A stretch of 64,000 nucleotides of DNA from Octopus vulgaris (taxonomy: Eukaryota), in assembly GCA_951406725.2 (NCBI GenBank), contig OX597834.1:8432001-8496000 (forward strand), written 5' to 3'. The notes below the pieces were generated by a model. The model saw only the letters and a program-made list of their open reading frames with translations, searched no databases and was not told the DNA's origin. Below, piece by piece: positions 1 through 12,910 of the stretch. The translations under genes and the position numbers were made by a program. Positions within the stretch are counted from its first letter, which is position 1. Every line of letters starts with the position of its first letter.

Positions 1-109
1 TGTTGCTTAATTTTTGCATAAATGGATGCTGATAGCCCATTGGATCTCCTGGCTTAGGTTCATATTTTCTAGATAAGTTAGTAAAAAAGATTTGCCTCTT
101 TGGTTTGCC

Positions 110-157
<48 letters not shown>

Positions 158-227
158 AACATATATATAACATATAAATATATATATATATACATATAAA
201 CATATATATATATATATACATATAAAC

Positions 228-260
<33 letters not shown>

Positions 261-266
261 TATATT

Positions 267-324
<58 letters not shown>

Positions 325-358
325 GATATATATACATATATACACACACATATATATA

Positions 359-397
<39 letters not shown>

Positions 398-400
<3 letters not shown>

Positions 401-771
401 GAATAAGAAAATGGAGATATTGAAGTTCATGAGAGTTTATCATATCATCAAAAATCGGTGACTATCTTTTACAGCTGTTTCAATTAGGCACAGTGAAATT
501 AAGAAATCATATTTCTGAGCTTAATCTCTTCAGAGAAATTATACCCTTAGAAATATTGTGTTAGTTGCTTGAGCCATCACGGCAGACTGAATAATACTCT
601 TTATGATTAGTATTGATATACATTTAGGCTGTGGGGGTAACAAGTTTGTAATGGGTAAGATATAATATATATAAATATAATTAAGGTATGAAGGGTAGAT
701 AAATACGTTGAAGATTAAATTATAATATTCATAAAGTGCAATATGAATGAGGTGGTAAATTAAATTACATA

Positions 772-778
<7 letters not shown>
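398..778 (-). mobile_element. Short non-coding hammerhead-bearing element between (TA)n tracts (PLE/retrozyme-like)
   Basis: Unique sequence bounded by (TA)n on both sides; contains a minus-strand hammerhead motif at 465-538. Confidence 0.55.
465..538 (-). ncRNA. Type I hammerhead ribozyme motif with extended stem II
   Basis: Minus strand: tttct-CTGAAGA-gattaagctcag...ctgtgcctaatt-GAAAC-AGCT-GTA-aaaga. Palindromic stem III ACAGCTGT; stem I imperfect. Confidence 0.6.
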
Positions 779-867
<89 letters not shown>

Positions 868-1147
868 AACTTATGTATATATGAAGATATATTCCCACTT
901 ACTATCACACAAACGTACATTTTTTTTTACTAATTCAAGATAAGTATGAATACACACTCATACACGTACAGATATATACACGCATACACACATACATATA
1001 CACAAATATATACATAACCACACATACATACATAGATATGTGTATACATACAGACAGGGAGGTTCACAATTATTTACATGCATTTACTCGTATGTACGTA
1101 TATGTCATCATATATACACTGTATATCTTCGCACGAATGCATGTATT

Positions 1148-1555
1148 ACTCTCTCTTTTACTCTTTTACTTGTTTCAGTCATATGACTGCGGCCATGCTG
1201 GAGCACCGCCTTTTAGTCGAGCAAATCGACCCCGGGACTTATTCTTTGTAAGCCCAGTCTCTATCGGTCTCTTTTGCCGAACCGCTAAGTGACGGGGACG
1301 GAAACACACCAGCATCAGTTGTCAAGCAATGCTAGGGGGACAATCACAAACATACAAACACACACACATACATATATACATATATATATACATATATACG
1401 ACAGGCTTCTTTCAGTTTCCGTCTACCAGATCCACTCACAAGGTATTGGTCGGCCCGGGGATATAGCAGAAGACACTTGCCCAAGATGCCACGCAGTGCG
1501 ACTGAACCATGTTGTTGGTTAGCAAGCTACTTACCACACAGCCACTCCTGCACCT
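1148..1555 (-). mobile_element. SINE family A (tRNA-derived, CORE-like), near full length
   Basis: Family head AGG(C/T)GCAGGAGTGGCTGTGTGGTAAG (A box), B box GGTTCAGTC, CORE-like CTTGGGCAAGTG, internal (TA)/(TG) tract, (GTAAAAGA)n tail; about 20 copies in the window. Confidence 0.9.
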
Positions 1556-1706
1556 ATATACATATATATATACATACAATCTTTTATTAGTATTCACTTA
1601 GATATACACTTATCACGTACAGATATTTAAACCCGCTCACATGAACGTAAGTACGCTTATGTACATGTAAATCCGTATATAAGAAAAAAGGAAATGCACC
1701 AAAGAA

Positions 1707-1968
1707 CTTCCCAACAAAATAGTTCGAGGTTCAGTTCCACTGCGTGGCACCTTCGGAAGGCGTCCTGTACGACAACATCGGGCCGACCAAAATCTTGTGA
1801 AGGGATTTCATTGACGGAAACTTAGTAACTTAGTGGTTCGGCACAAGAATTCGATACATTAATTAAGTACAAGTTTACAAAGGATAATTCCTAGGGGACA
1901 TTTGTTCGAATAAATGTGGTGCTACAGCATGGCCACAGTCAAATCCCTGAAACGAGTGAAAGAATAAA
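1707..1968 (+). mobile_element. SINE family A, old and internally deleted
   Basis: Degenerate B box/CORE (gttcagttccactgcgtggcacctt) and tail (cagcatggccacagtc). Confidence 0.7.
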
Positions 1969-2002
1969 TATGTGAATATATATATATATATATATGCATG
2001 CA

Positions 2003-2155
2003 TAGGCAAAAGAGTGGTTGTGGGAGCGGTACCTTGCTTAGCAATCACATCGTTTTGGGTTCAATCCCACTAGATGTCACCTTGTGCATGCGTCTTTTAC
2101 TAGAGCCTCGGGTGAGAGGAATTGGTAAACGAAAACTGAAATAAGCTTGTCGTAT
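2003..2155 (+). mobile_element. SINE family A, degenerate 5' half
   Basis: gagtggttgtggg...gggttcaatcccac...gaaaactgaaataagcttgtcgtata. Confidence 0.65.
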
Positions 2156-2193
<38 letters not shown>

Positions 2194-2254
2194 GTATGTA
2201 TGTATATATATATATATACATATGTATATATATATTATATAATATATATATATA

Positions 2255-2290
<36 letters not shown>

Positions 2291-2633
2291 CTATATATTC
2301 TATATATAATATATATATATATATATTTATATATATTATATATTATATATGTATATATATATATATAGAGAGAGAGAGTAAGCTGTGTTAGAGGTTAAAA
2401 TACCCGTCTAAGGGATAAAAGTAACCATTATACTGCCAGTATTTTACCTATAGTTGACCGTGGGCATACATATGCAAGCATACTATGCTCATAAATTATA
2501 GGTGAAGATAAGGATAAACATAATTTTATCAGGATTCAAAAATAAAGAGAACACGAAATGGAGAAATATTGATGAACAACAATTGGCTTACATCAGTTTT
2601 TATATATGAATTCAATACAAATAGAGTACATCC

Positions 2634-2736
2634 CGTCTGACAGTTGTTTCTGCTTCCAATGTTACCATTCATATGATAAATCATTCATTATATTTAGTAA
2701 TTAAACCTATGTAAACCATAGAGCTTCATCAGAGTG
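2634..2736 (-). ncRNA. Degenerate type I hammerhead motif (long stem II) in element 2378-2740
   Basis: Minus strand: ct-CTGATGA-agct...agca-GAAAC-AACT-GTC-ag. Confidence 0.5.
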
Positions 2737-2751
2737 AAGAATATATATACA

Positions 2752-3146
2752 TACTCTTTACTCTTTTACTTGTTTCAGTCATTTGACTGCGGCCATGCTG
2801 GAGCACCACCTTTAATCGAGCAAATGGACCCCGGGACTCATTCTTTCTAAGCCCAGTACTTATTCTATCGGTCTCTTTTGCCGAACCGCTAAGTGACGGG
2901 GACGTAAATACACCACCATTGGTTGTCAAGCAATGCTAGGGGGCCAAACACACACACGCAAACACACACACACACATACATTTATACATATATACGACAG
3001 GCTTCTTTCAGTTTCCGTCTACCAAATCCACTCACAAGGCTTTGGTCGGCCCGGAGCTATAGCAGAAGACACTTGCCCAAGATGCCACGCAGTGGGACTG
3101 AACCCGGAACCATGTGGTTGGTTAGCAAGCTACTTACCACACAGCC
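2752..3146 (-). mobile_element. SINE family A
   Basis: High similarity to the other copies; lacks a few 5' bases. Confidence 0.9.
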
Positions 3147-3211
3147 TTGTTTGTTTGTGTGTGCGTTTGTGTGTGTGTGTCGGTGTGTGTGTATGATTTC
3201 CGGTGCACCGA

Positions 3212-3425
3212 TTATTCTTTTATTCTTTTACTTGTTGAAGTCATTTCAGTGTGGCCATGCTGGAGCATGGCTTTTAGTCGAGCGCATTGATTCCAGGACT
3301 TATTCTTTGTGAACGAGGTACTTATTCTACTGGTCTCTTATGCTGAACTGCTATGTTGTGGGTACGTAAACACAACTGCACCCGTTTTCAAGCGATGCTG
3401 AAGGTACAAACACAGTCACAAATAC
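3212..3425 (-). mobile_element. SINE family A, diverged 3' half
   Basis: ggccatgctggagca...ggacttattctttgt motifs. Confidence 0.7.
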
Positions 3426-3460
3426 GCAGTCATAAATAAATACCTACATCCATATATATA

Positions 3461-3733
3461 TATATAATATTAATTAGAGACAAAACCACTATTTTGCAAA
3501 ACAAACAAGGAAATACTTAATCAATAAATAAGATTTTAATAAAAAGTCAATGGCGGTTTTTTTGACTTTTTATTAAAATTTTATGTATTGATTAAGTCTT
3601 TCCTTGTTTGTTTTGCAAAATAGTGGTTTTGTCTCTAATTAATATTATATAATATTTTACTATAAAATTGGATTTAATCCTAAATCTGATTTTTTTCCCT
3701 GTAAATTTGGATTTATTCCCTAATATTTATTAT
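3461..3733 (+). mobile_element. Palindromic element in (TA)n, shorter relative of 7380-7785
   Basis: Inverted arms about 3461-3550 / 3562-3651 plus an ~80-bp tail matching 7697-7785. Confidence 0.85.
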
Positions 3734-3847
<114 letters not shown>

Positions 3848-4007
3848 ATTCTTAAAAAGGACAACAAACGCTATATCGGAAATCTACAATAGCCCCTTGA
3901 ATCCCGCCTTTTTATGATCCTGGAGCCCTGGTAACTATTACAACACTTACGCAGCAGGCCTAGTCGTTTAGATCACCTGTGAAATAAATACCCATATTTT
4001 GTGTGTG

Positions 4008-4165
4008 TATACGACGTGCTTCTTTCAGTTTCCATCTGCGATATCCATTCACAAGGCTTCGGTCGACCCGTGCCTGTACTAGAAGACACTCGGCCAAGGT
4101 CTCATGCAGTAGATTCTACCCGAAAGCATGTGGTTGCCATCAAGCTCATCACTGCTCAGCCACGC
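4008..4165 (-). mobile_element. SINE family A, degenerate 5' half
   Basis: cttctttcagtttcc...cacaaggcttcggtcgacc...agaagacactcggccaagg. Confidence 0.6.
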
Positions 4166-4364
4166 CGGACCTATTGTCAAACTTCTGCTGGTCCATAATA
4201 GACAGTGCCTAAGCAACAACAACAACTGTTTTGTTTGCTCCAGTGTCATTAAGCGTGTGGGTTACTAATGATTATTTTCGTGGTTTGGGATTTAACTGCC
4301 CTTTTTAGCATGTAAGGAATCCCGTCAATGGTGTCCTCTGTGTATAAATATTTATACACTCATA

Positions 4365-4675
4365 TGGCATCTTGGGCCGACCAATGCCTTGTGAGTGGAT
4401 TTGGTAGACGGAAACTGAAAGAAGCCTGTCGTATATATGCATATATATATATGTGTGTGTGGGGGGATTGTGTGTCTGTGTTTGTCCCCCTAGCATTGCT
4501 TGACAACCGATGCTGGTATGTTTACGTCCCCGTCACTTAGCGGTTCGGCAAAAAAGACCGATAGAATAAGTACTGGGCTTATTACAAACAACAAGTCCCG
4601 GGGTCGATTTCCTCGACTAAAAGCGGTGCTCCAGCATGGCCGCAGTCAAATGACTGCAACAAGTAAAAAGAGAGA
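4365..4675 (+). mobile_element. SINE family A, 5'-truncated
   Basis: Matches the family from gggccgaccaa through the tail. Confidence 0.85.
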
Positions 4676-5022
4676 TACACACACGGGCTCACACGTAGTG
4701 CACACATGCACACATACTTACATTGCACACTCACGCACGCGCGCAAGCACACATGAAAATACACATATCTTAAAATTTAACAGTGCATCATAAATTGCAG
4801 TAAATCACATGACGTGAGCACTAAATATAAGGGTTTATCGACATAGATTTATTCCATAATCGAAGATTATATCAAGTCTTTGTCTCTCTTTAAGATACCC
4901 TCAGATACTGATAATAAATTCCCGTTAAACTTATGACTTCCTTCCATTCATTAAAACTTTAGACTATTCGAAGAGAAAATTTTAGTAATACTACAGTTGA
5001 TGTTTCGTGTACTTGCTTTAAG

Positions 5023-5104
5023 TTGTTGTTATTGTAGAATTTGTTGTTATTGCTGTTGTTGTTTTTGTTGTTGTTCCTCTCCTTCTTCTTCTTCTTTTTC
5101 TTCT

Positions 5105-5139
<35 letters not shown>

Positions 5140-5903
5140 TTTTTCTCCTTCTTCTCCTTCTTCTTCTTCTTCTTCTTCTTCTTCTCCTTCTTCTTCTTCT
5201 TCTTCTTCTTCTTCTTCTTCTTCTTCTTCCTTCTTCTTCTTCTTCTTCTTCTTCTCCTTCTTCTTCTTCTTCTTCTTCTTCTTCTTCTTCTCCTTCTTCT
5301 TCTTCTTCTTCTTCTTCTTCTTCTTCTTCTTCTTCTTCTCCTTCTTCTTCTTCTTCTTCTTCTTCTTCTTCTTCTTCTTCTTCTTCTTCTTCTTTTTCTT
5401 CTTTTTCTTCCTCTTCTCCTTCTTCTTCTTCTTCTTCTTCTTCTTCTTCTTCTTCTTCTTCTTCTTCTTCTTCTTCTGCTTCTTTCTTCTTCTTCTTCCT
5501 TCTTCTTCTTCTTCTTCTTCTTCTTCTTCTTCTTCTTCTCCTTCTTCTTCTTCTTCTTTTTCTCCTTCTCCTTCTTCTTCTTCTTCTACGTTTTCTTCTT
5601 CTTCTTCCTCGTCTTCTTCTTTTTTTTCTTCGTCTTCTTCTTCTTCTTCTTCTTCTACTACTTCTCTCCTATACTTTTTCCTCTTCTCCTTCTCCTTCTT
5701 CTTCTTCTTCTTCTTCTTCTTCTCCTTCTTCTTCTTCTTCTTCTTCTTATTCTTCTTATTATTCTTATTCATTTTCTTCTTTTTCTTCTGCTTCCTCTTC
5801 TTCTTCTTCTTCTTCTTCTTCTTCTTCTTCTTCTTCTTCTTCTCCTTCTCCTTCTTATATTATTATTATTATTATTATTATTATTGTTATTATTATTATT
5901 ATT
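5023..5903. repeat. Compound trinucleotide microsatellite (GTT)n-(CTT)n-(ATT)n
   Basis: About 780-bp polypyrimidine (CTT)n core read directly. Confidence 0.97.
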
Positions 5904-6274
5904 AATTTATCACATCATATCTTACGCACACGATATTACAACATATAATATTATATTATAATTACACACGATAATCCGCTGATTGTTGAGATCAATGTGC
6001 GTGATATAGCGGCTATCTGCTGAGATTAATGAGGTGTATCGTTATGAAATGTACAGGAGTAGAGAGATTATAGCTTGATATTAAACATTACATAGCGTGT
6101 ATAAACGTTAATATTTAATATAGATAGAGGAACAATCTGAATAAAGCGTGTTCGCTCGGTTGTTATCAGATAATCAAATCTACTTAATTCAAGGAGAGTA
6201 ATTCACAGCGGGGTTGCTGACACCAGGGTGCGTGTCGGTGTATCAGTATGCTGTAAATTCCTATATGTGTTTTT

Positions 6275-6294
6275 CTGTCTGTCTCTCTTGCTTG

Positions 6295-6385
<91 letters not shown>

Positions 6386-6790
6386 ATCTATCTATCTATC
6401 CATCTATCTCTCTGCCTGTCTATCTATCTACCTATCTATTTATCTATCTATCTATCTATCCATCTATCTGTCTGTCTGTCTATCTATCTATCTATATATC
6501 TATCTATCTATCTATATCTATCTATCTATCACTCTATCTATCTATCTATTTGTCTGTATGTTTATTCTCTCTGTCTGTCTGTGTGTCTATCAATCTATAT
6601 CTCTACTTATATGTATATCTGTCTATTAATCTATATCTCTATCTATCTGTCTGTCTGTCTGTCTGTCTATCTCTCTGTATGTCAATCTATCGATGTATCT
6701 ATCTATCTATCTATCTATCTGTTTGCCTGACTGTCTGTCTGCCTCACCCTCTTTTTCTGTCTCTGTCTGTCTGTCTTCCTCTCTCTGTAT
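6275..6790. repeat. (TATC)n/(TCTG)n tetranucleotide microsatellite
   Basis: Direct reading. Confidence 0.95.
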
Positions 6791-7142
6791 ATATATATAT
6801 ATATGTATCTATGTATGTACGTATGCGGGTATGCATGTGTATATGCCTTCGTATATAGACATATGTACTACTCCCAATAAATATACATACATACATAAAC
6901 GCATATATGTATGTGTGTGTGTATGCATGTACACATGCAGTAACATTTGATTTCCTTGGAGAGAAGATGGAAAGGTCGATCGGTATGGATGTTCAATGAA
7001 ACAAGTGATTGTTTAAATCGGAGCAAGTAGCAATATTAAATTCAACACTGAGATTGTTTAGTTTTATTTTACTCTTTAACTTTTTTGTGTAATATTTATT
7101 TAAATGTAACACTTTGGATATGAATGTTTCATTCTCTTTCTA

Positions 7143-7211
<69 letters not shown>

Positions 7212-7265
7212 GTATTTATATACATATATACATATATACATATATAACACATATACATATATACA

Positions 7266-7371
<106 letters not shown>

Positions 7372-7471
7372 ATATATATAATATTAATTAAAGACAAAAC
7401 CACTATTTTGCAAAACAAACAAGGAAAGACTTAATCAATACATAAAATTTTAATAAAAAGTAAAAAAACCG

Positions 7472-7514
7472 CCACTACAATTGTTTCATGTCTTGAACGA
7501 CAATCTTCAGGTGG
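7472..7514 (-). ncRNA. Minimal type I hammerhead ribozyme
   Basis: Minus strand: ccac-CTGAAGA-ttgtc gttcaa gacat-GAAAC-AATT-GTA-gtgg. Confidence 0.75.
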
Positions 7515-7559
7515 ATTTCCGATTTTCAATTTATTGAAACTGATTTGAAAATCGGAAAT

Positions 7560-7602
7560 CCACCTGAAGATTGTCGATCAAGACATGAAACAATTGTAGT
7601 GG
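7560..7602 (+). ncRNA. Minimal type I hammerhead ribozyme
   Basis: ccac-CTGAAGA(7564-7570)-ttgtc gatcaa gacat-GAAAC-AATT-GTA-gtgg. Stem I ccac/gtgg, palindromic stem III ACAATTGT, predicted cleavage after A7598. Confidence 0.78.
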
Positions 7603-7782
7603 CGGTTTTTTTAAACTTTTTATTAAAATTTTATGTATTGATTAAGTCTTTCCTTGTTTGTTTTGCAAAATAGTGGTTTTGTCTCTAATTAATATTATAT
7701 AATATTTTACTATAAAATTGGATTTAATCCTAAATCTGATTTTTTCCCTGTAAATTTGGATTTATTCCCTAATATTTATTAT

Positions 7783-7903
<121 letters not shown>

Positions 7904-7911
7904 TATATATA

Positions 7912-8290
<379 letters not shown>

Positions 8291-8430
8291 GGTTATGAGA
8301 GGTAAAGGTGTCACGAAGGCCCAAATGTGTCAGGTGATGCTCACTAAGTGCTATGGACAGATTATAATTATGCTCCACGTTCGGCGATTACGCGAATGAG
8401 GAGTCCAACGTAGATCATTTATAAGCATGC

Positions 8431-8479
<49 letters not shown>

Positions 8480-8935
8480 ACAGCGATGTTAGATAGGCCC
8501 TGAACCACCCACGTGCAGATTTGTGTCTAGGCGATCCTAGACCGTTCAGCCTGCACATATCGCCAGTATTCCATCGCCGTGGAACTTGAAGCTATCTGTA
8601 CATTTAAATATCAATGCCACACACTTGTACGATACGTATAACCCCCATTCCTCCGCCAGAACCAAATATCCAGTGAAAACCAAGACAGATGCCTGGGTGA
8701 TTATGGAGGTTGCATGTTTTATTATCCCGGAGTCTAACCTCTCCTGTTGTTTTATATCAGTGTCCTTCTCCAAGTCTTTGACAACAAAAGGCTAACTGCA
8801 AGACAGCAGTGGCGGATTTGAATTGGAAGATACCTTCTTCTAAACAGATGGCTTTATTAAACTTAGGCGCTCCATGTACCCCTTTTAACTACATCCCAAA
8901 ATACACACAAATGAAACAAAATAGAAGTGAAAATA

Positions 8936-8970
<35 letters not shown>

Positions 8971-9138
8971 ATGAATATAAGAAAAAGGGACAGGCAAAAC
9001 AGGTTGATTGAACGCAAGAAGGAATATATAACGAATACGAAGTCTGGCGGTTATCTGTGAACATATATTTTTTCTTATATACAATATATATACTGAACTT
9101 TACAGAAGTTCCTGTTATTATCTATGAATATATATCTA

Positions 9139-9227
<89 letters not shown>

Positions 9228-9228
<1 letters not shown>

Positions 9229-9340
9229 ACGGTCTTCTTTCAGTTTCCGTCTACCAAAGCTGAAAGGGTTTTGGTTGACCCGAGCTTATGGTAGAGGACA
9301 GTTGCCCAAGTCGCCACGCAGTTAGACGGAACCCAGAAAC
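9228..9340 (-). mobile_element. SINE family A fragment
   Basis: cttctttcagtttccgtctaccaaa...ttgcccaag. Confidence 0.6.
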
Positions 9341-9625
9341 GTTTTACCTCACTGCAAGAAACATACAAAACACGCATGTACACATGGAAATGCTCTCAAA
9401 CGCATCCTCACACGCTCATACACACACACACACACACACATTCACACACACACGCAAACAAACACACAGACACACACACTCATGTATGCCAACATCCCTT
9501 GAAGAAATATAAGCCTATAGATGACTACCTACTCAAAGAGAAATACACACTCATGTTTGTATGCGTTTTTGCTCGTGCGTGATATTATGTACATGTATGT
9601 ATGTACACATATATGCAAACATATA

Positions 9626-9708
<83 letters not shown>

Positions 9709-10295
9709 GCATGTGTTTCTATATCTATATATAATCGCATACACATACACACATACACGCACACATGCACCCACACATATATAAAGTGCGCGATAACAGA
9801 GATGTAACATTTACGTGATGTCTTCTCTTTAAATTAATAGTTACGATCTCCCACTCATCGCATCGCTCTTAGATATAACAGATTTATATGCGATTACGAA
9901 TGTCCCCACCATATGTGGTCATTGGCTTGAGAAATGTTTACTGGTCATGGGCTATTATAGATAACCTCCTGCTTCATTTGTATTTACAACAATGTCAGTT
10001 GTTACTCTTTGATGCGCGTTCTATAGTTGGAAATTGGAGGTAGTTGTATGGAATTCTTTGTTTTGCGCTGATAATGATATCCAGTTGCTTTTGTTTCGGA
10101 TACCGTCAACAATTATGCATGACTCATTCTTTAGTCGCCCGTAGTAGCATCTTAGTATGGTGTATTCTACAGTTGCTCTTGGCCAACGAATGCAAATTCC
10201 ATCTACTGGACAAAAAAAATTGTGGAGACCAGTCGCATATATATCTATATATTTACATACAAACACAGAAAAACACGCAAATGTATGTATGTATG

Positions 10296-10361
<66 letters not shown>

Positions 10362-10368
<7 letters not shown>

Positions 10369-10568
10369 ATTGAGTATTTTAAATGAATTATCTTATTATG
10401 GATAATTCGGTTAATCGATACCTGGGTAGCAAATTCACGTCAGAAAAACACGGTTGAAGCTACAGGCCTAGGGCAGAGATCACGTGCTATCATGGGGAAA
10501 TTTGTGTGTTTTTTTAAATACAAATAAAGGAATTTTCTTAATTCGTCGTTCAACTCCATTCTTTCATA
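10362..10568 (-). mobile_element. Diverged relative of the 29762-30095 element, in (TA)n
   Basis: aaatgaattatctt...gatacctgggtagcaaa is the reverse complement of about 29990-30085; the right end resembles the palindrome arm (aaaggaatt...cgttcaactccatt). Confidence 0.7.
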
Positions 10569-10589
10569 TATATATATATATATATATAT

Positions 10590-10625
<36 letters not shown>

Positions 10626-10670
10626 TAAAAGAGTCAAAAGGAAGAGTAAGTACGGTTAGGCAGCTTTTTA

Positions 10671-10792
10671 ATCGCTACAAATGTTGCGATACGTACAGAT
10701 CCTCGTATATACACGATTTAAAGTCAAGTTTAAATTAAATTACGTAACGGTTTACCTGTTTTGGAAGATATATATGTAAATCCTCAGGCGAT
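10671..10792 (-). ncRNA. Degenerate type I hammerhead (GAAA changed to GCAA), long stem II
   Basis: Minus strand: atcgc-CTGAGGA...GcAAC-ATTT-GTA-gcgat; perfect 5-bp stem I. Confidence 0.55.
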
Positions 10793-10961
10793 ACTCAGTT
10801 GCTGTCTCCGTAGGTAAATCTAGATTCCTATGCTACAACAATCATGGAATACCTATGACTAGAATTGGTACCATAAGACTAATACCGGCTATTTGGGAGT
10901 TCCAATGGTGAACGAGTTCTGTTTCTATTCTTATAAGTTCTTAACAGAACAATCCTCAACT

Positions 10962-11007
<46 letters not shown>

Positions 11008-11267
11008 TTGCATGTATGTACATGTGAGTGTATGCGTGTGTGACGGGGTGTATACATACGTGTACGAGTGTTTTTTTCTTTGGGCCATATAACTGTTTGG
11101 TAAATGGTTTTCATTTCTTTCCTTGACAAAACATGGGCCATCCGGTAAAGCATTCCGATTGATTAAGTCACCAAAGTTTGAAAAATACATAAGCACTGGG
11201 TTCTTTTTTCCTAGATAAAATACTTCAAGGGCATATCGCCTACTAACCGGTGTCGAGTTACTTGGAA

Positions 11268-11306
<39 letters not shown>

Positions 11307-12489
11307 CCCAGACATAGCAGAAATAAATAGACAGACCCTAAAACATCGTATTTATTCTAACTTCTAATCGTTTATCTTTCTTATTAATTGACATTTTTAT
11401 ATTTCACGTTCTACATGTCACTGTTTAATCTTGTCCTGTACAAAAGAAACATTGGAACTGCCTGAATTTCAAAAATGCCGCATTGTGGGTCATTCCCAAG
11501 GTGGACCTAGTGTATAATCGCAGAAAACCTTGGGACCCTGCTTTCTACAGTTAATAGAGTGGTTATGCCATTTACGAGAGTGGGGAAAGAGTCGCCATCA
11601 CCTCACCCAGATCAACCAAGGCTCTCTGACAGAACCCTTCTGTTTGTTACGATAAGTGTTTGGAAGATAATTCTAGTTGCAAGGCCTCTGACATAGCAGC
11701 ACATGTTGATGTCAGTCCCAGAACAGCTGTCAGGTATCTCTACAAACTTAGAGAAGGAAGCCACGTCTTCAACCGGCCAACATCCTGCGTAGAACAGATT
11801 GGGCCAGTGAGATGGTGGAGAGGCCACTAGCATTTTGGGACAGTATTCGAATATGGGCCTGGAGACTCCGTGACCAAGAATTTGGTGTGAAAATATTGTA
11901 GCCAACAGTGAAACACGGCAGCTATTTTGTAACGGTCTGGGGAGCAATTTGGAGCAATGGATGGTCAGAGCTGGTGGAGAGTGAAGGAGACATAAACTCA
12001 GATAAATACGTGTCCATATTGCGGAAAGGACTCCTTCCAATATTCTCCTGTCAGGAAATGAATAAAGAAGTCTATTTATGAAAGATAAGGCTCCTTGTCA
12101 CACGGCTAAAATGATTTCTTAGGTGAGAATGACATTAAATAGCTTCCGTGGCTAAGCCAGTTACCAGATATGAACCTTATTGAACACAATTGGGACATAA
12201 AGGACACGAGAAATCATAAAAAGAACAATAAAGTATCTTCAAAGTTAGATCCTTTTAGATTACTGCAAGAAACTTGGGAAGAAAATCCGTAAGAGAATAT
12301 TCGTCATCTGTTCAGTGACATACCTAAACGGGTCCTTGCATTGAAAAATGTAAAGTGCGTGCCTACTAAATATTAAATATTAACATTATAACAATTAATA
12401 AATAATTTGAAAATATAATTTCGGATTTAAATTAATTTTGATAATTATAATGGTTATAAGGATGTCTATTTACTTCTGTCAAATCTGTG
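11307..12489 (+). mobile_element. Degenerate Tc1-family DNA transposon
   Basis: Imperfect ~27-bp TIRs (cccagacatagcagaaataaatagaca / tgtctatttacttctgtcaaatctgtg), TA flanks; remnants ELPEFQKCRIVG, KDKAPCHTAK, LPWLSQLPDMNLIEHNWD (like WPSQSPDLNPIEHLW). Confidence 0.8.
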
Positions 12490-12639
12490 TATATAAACAC
12501 ACACGCACACACACATACACACACATATATATACAGGGTGCATAAGGTATTAGAGGACGTATCGTTTTTGTGCCGTTGCTGCATTCTTTGCTAACTCTCT
12601 ATAATCTTTGTTTCAGAAAATATTATTTGCAAATGCTCT

Positions 12640-12910
12640 ACACTCCCCGGACCTCAATATTATTGAACATTTATGGTGCATTTTAGAAAAACAAGTAAGG
12701 AGTCGTTATCATCCACCATCATCATTACAAGAACTAGAGACTGTTTTAGCTGAAAAATGGACAAAAATTCCTTTGGAAACAATTCAAACTTTGTACAAAT
12801 CCATAACTCGTGAATTCAAGGTGTAATTAGTACCAAAGGCGGTCCTACCCCATTTTAAAATATATTTGTTTGGAATTTTAAGTTGTTTCTATTATTTTGT
12901 CCTACCCCTG
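12640..12910 (+). mobile_element. 3' fragment of a second Tc1 element
   Basis: SPDLNIIEHLWCILEKQVR...QELETVLAEKWTKIP; TIR-like end ...ttttgtcctacccctg followed by TA. Confidence 0.8.

Noticed and set aside
7-443. Many YIYI/CVCV/poly-F/K/L ORFs here and throughout the track
   Set aside because: They are translations of (TA)n, (TG)n, (CTT)n and (TAA)n microsatellites that lack stop codons.
2923-3312. Recurrent ORFs such as RQASFSFRLPNPLTR and CGHAGAPP
   Set aside because: Chance reading frames through SINE family A.
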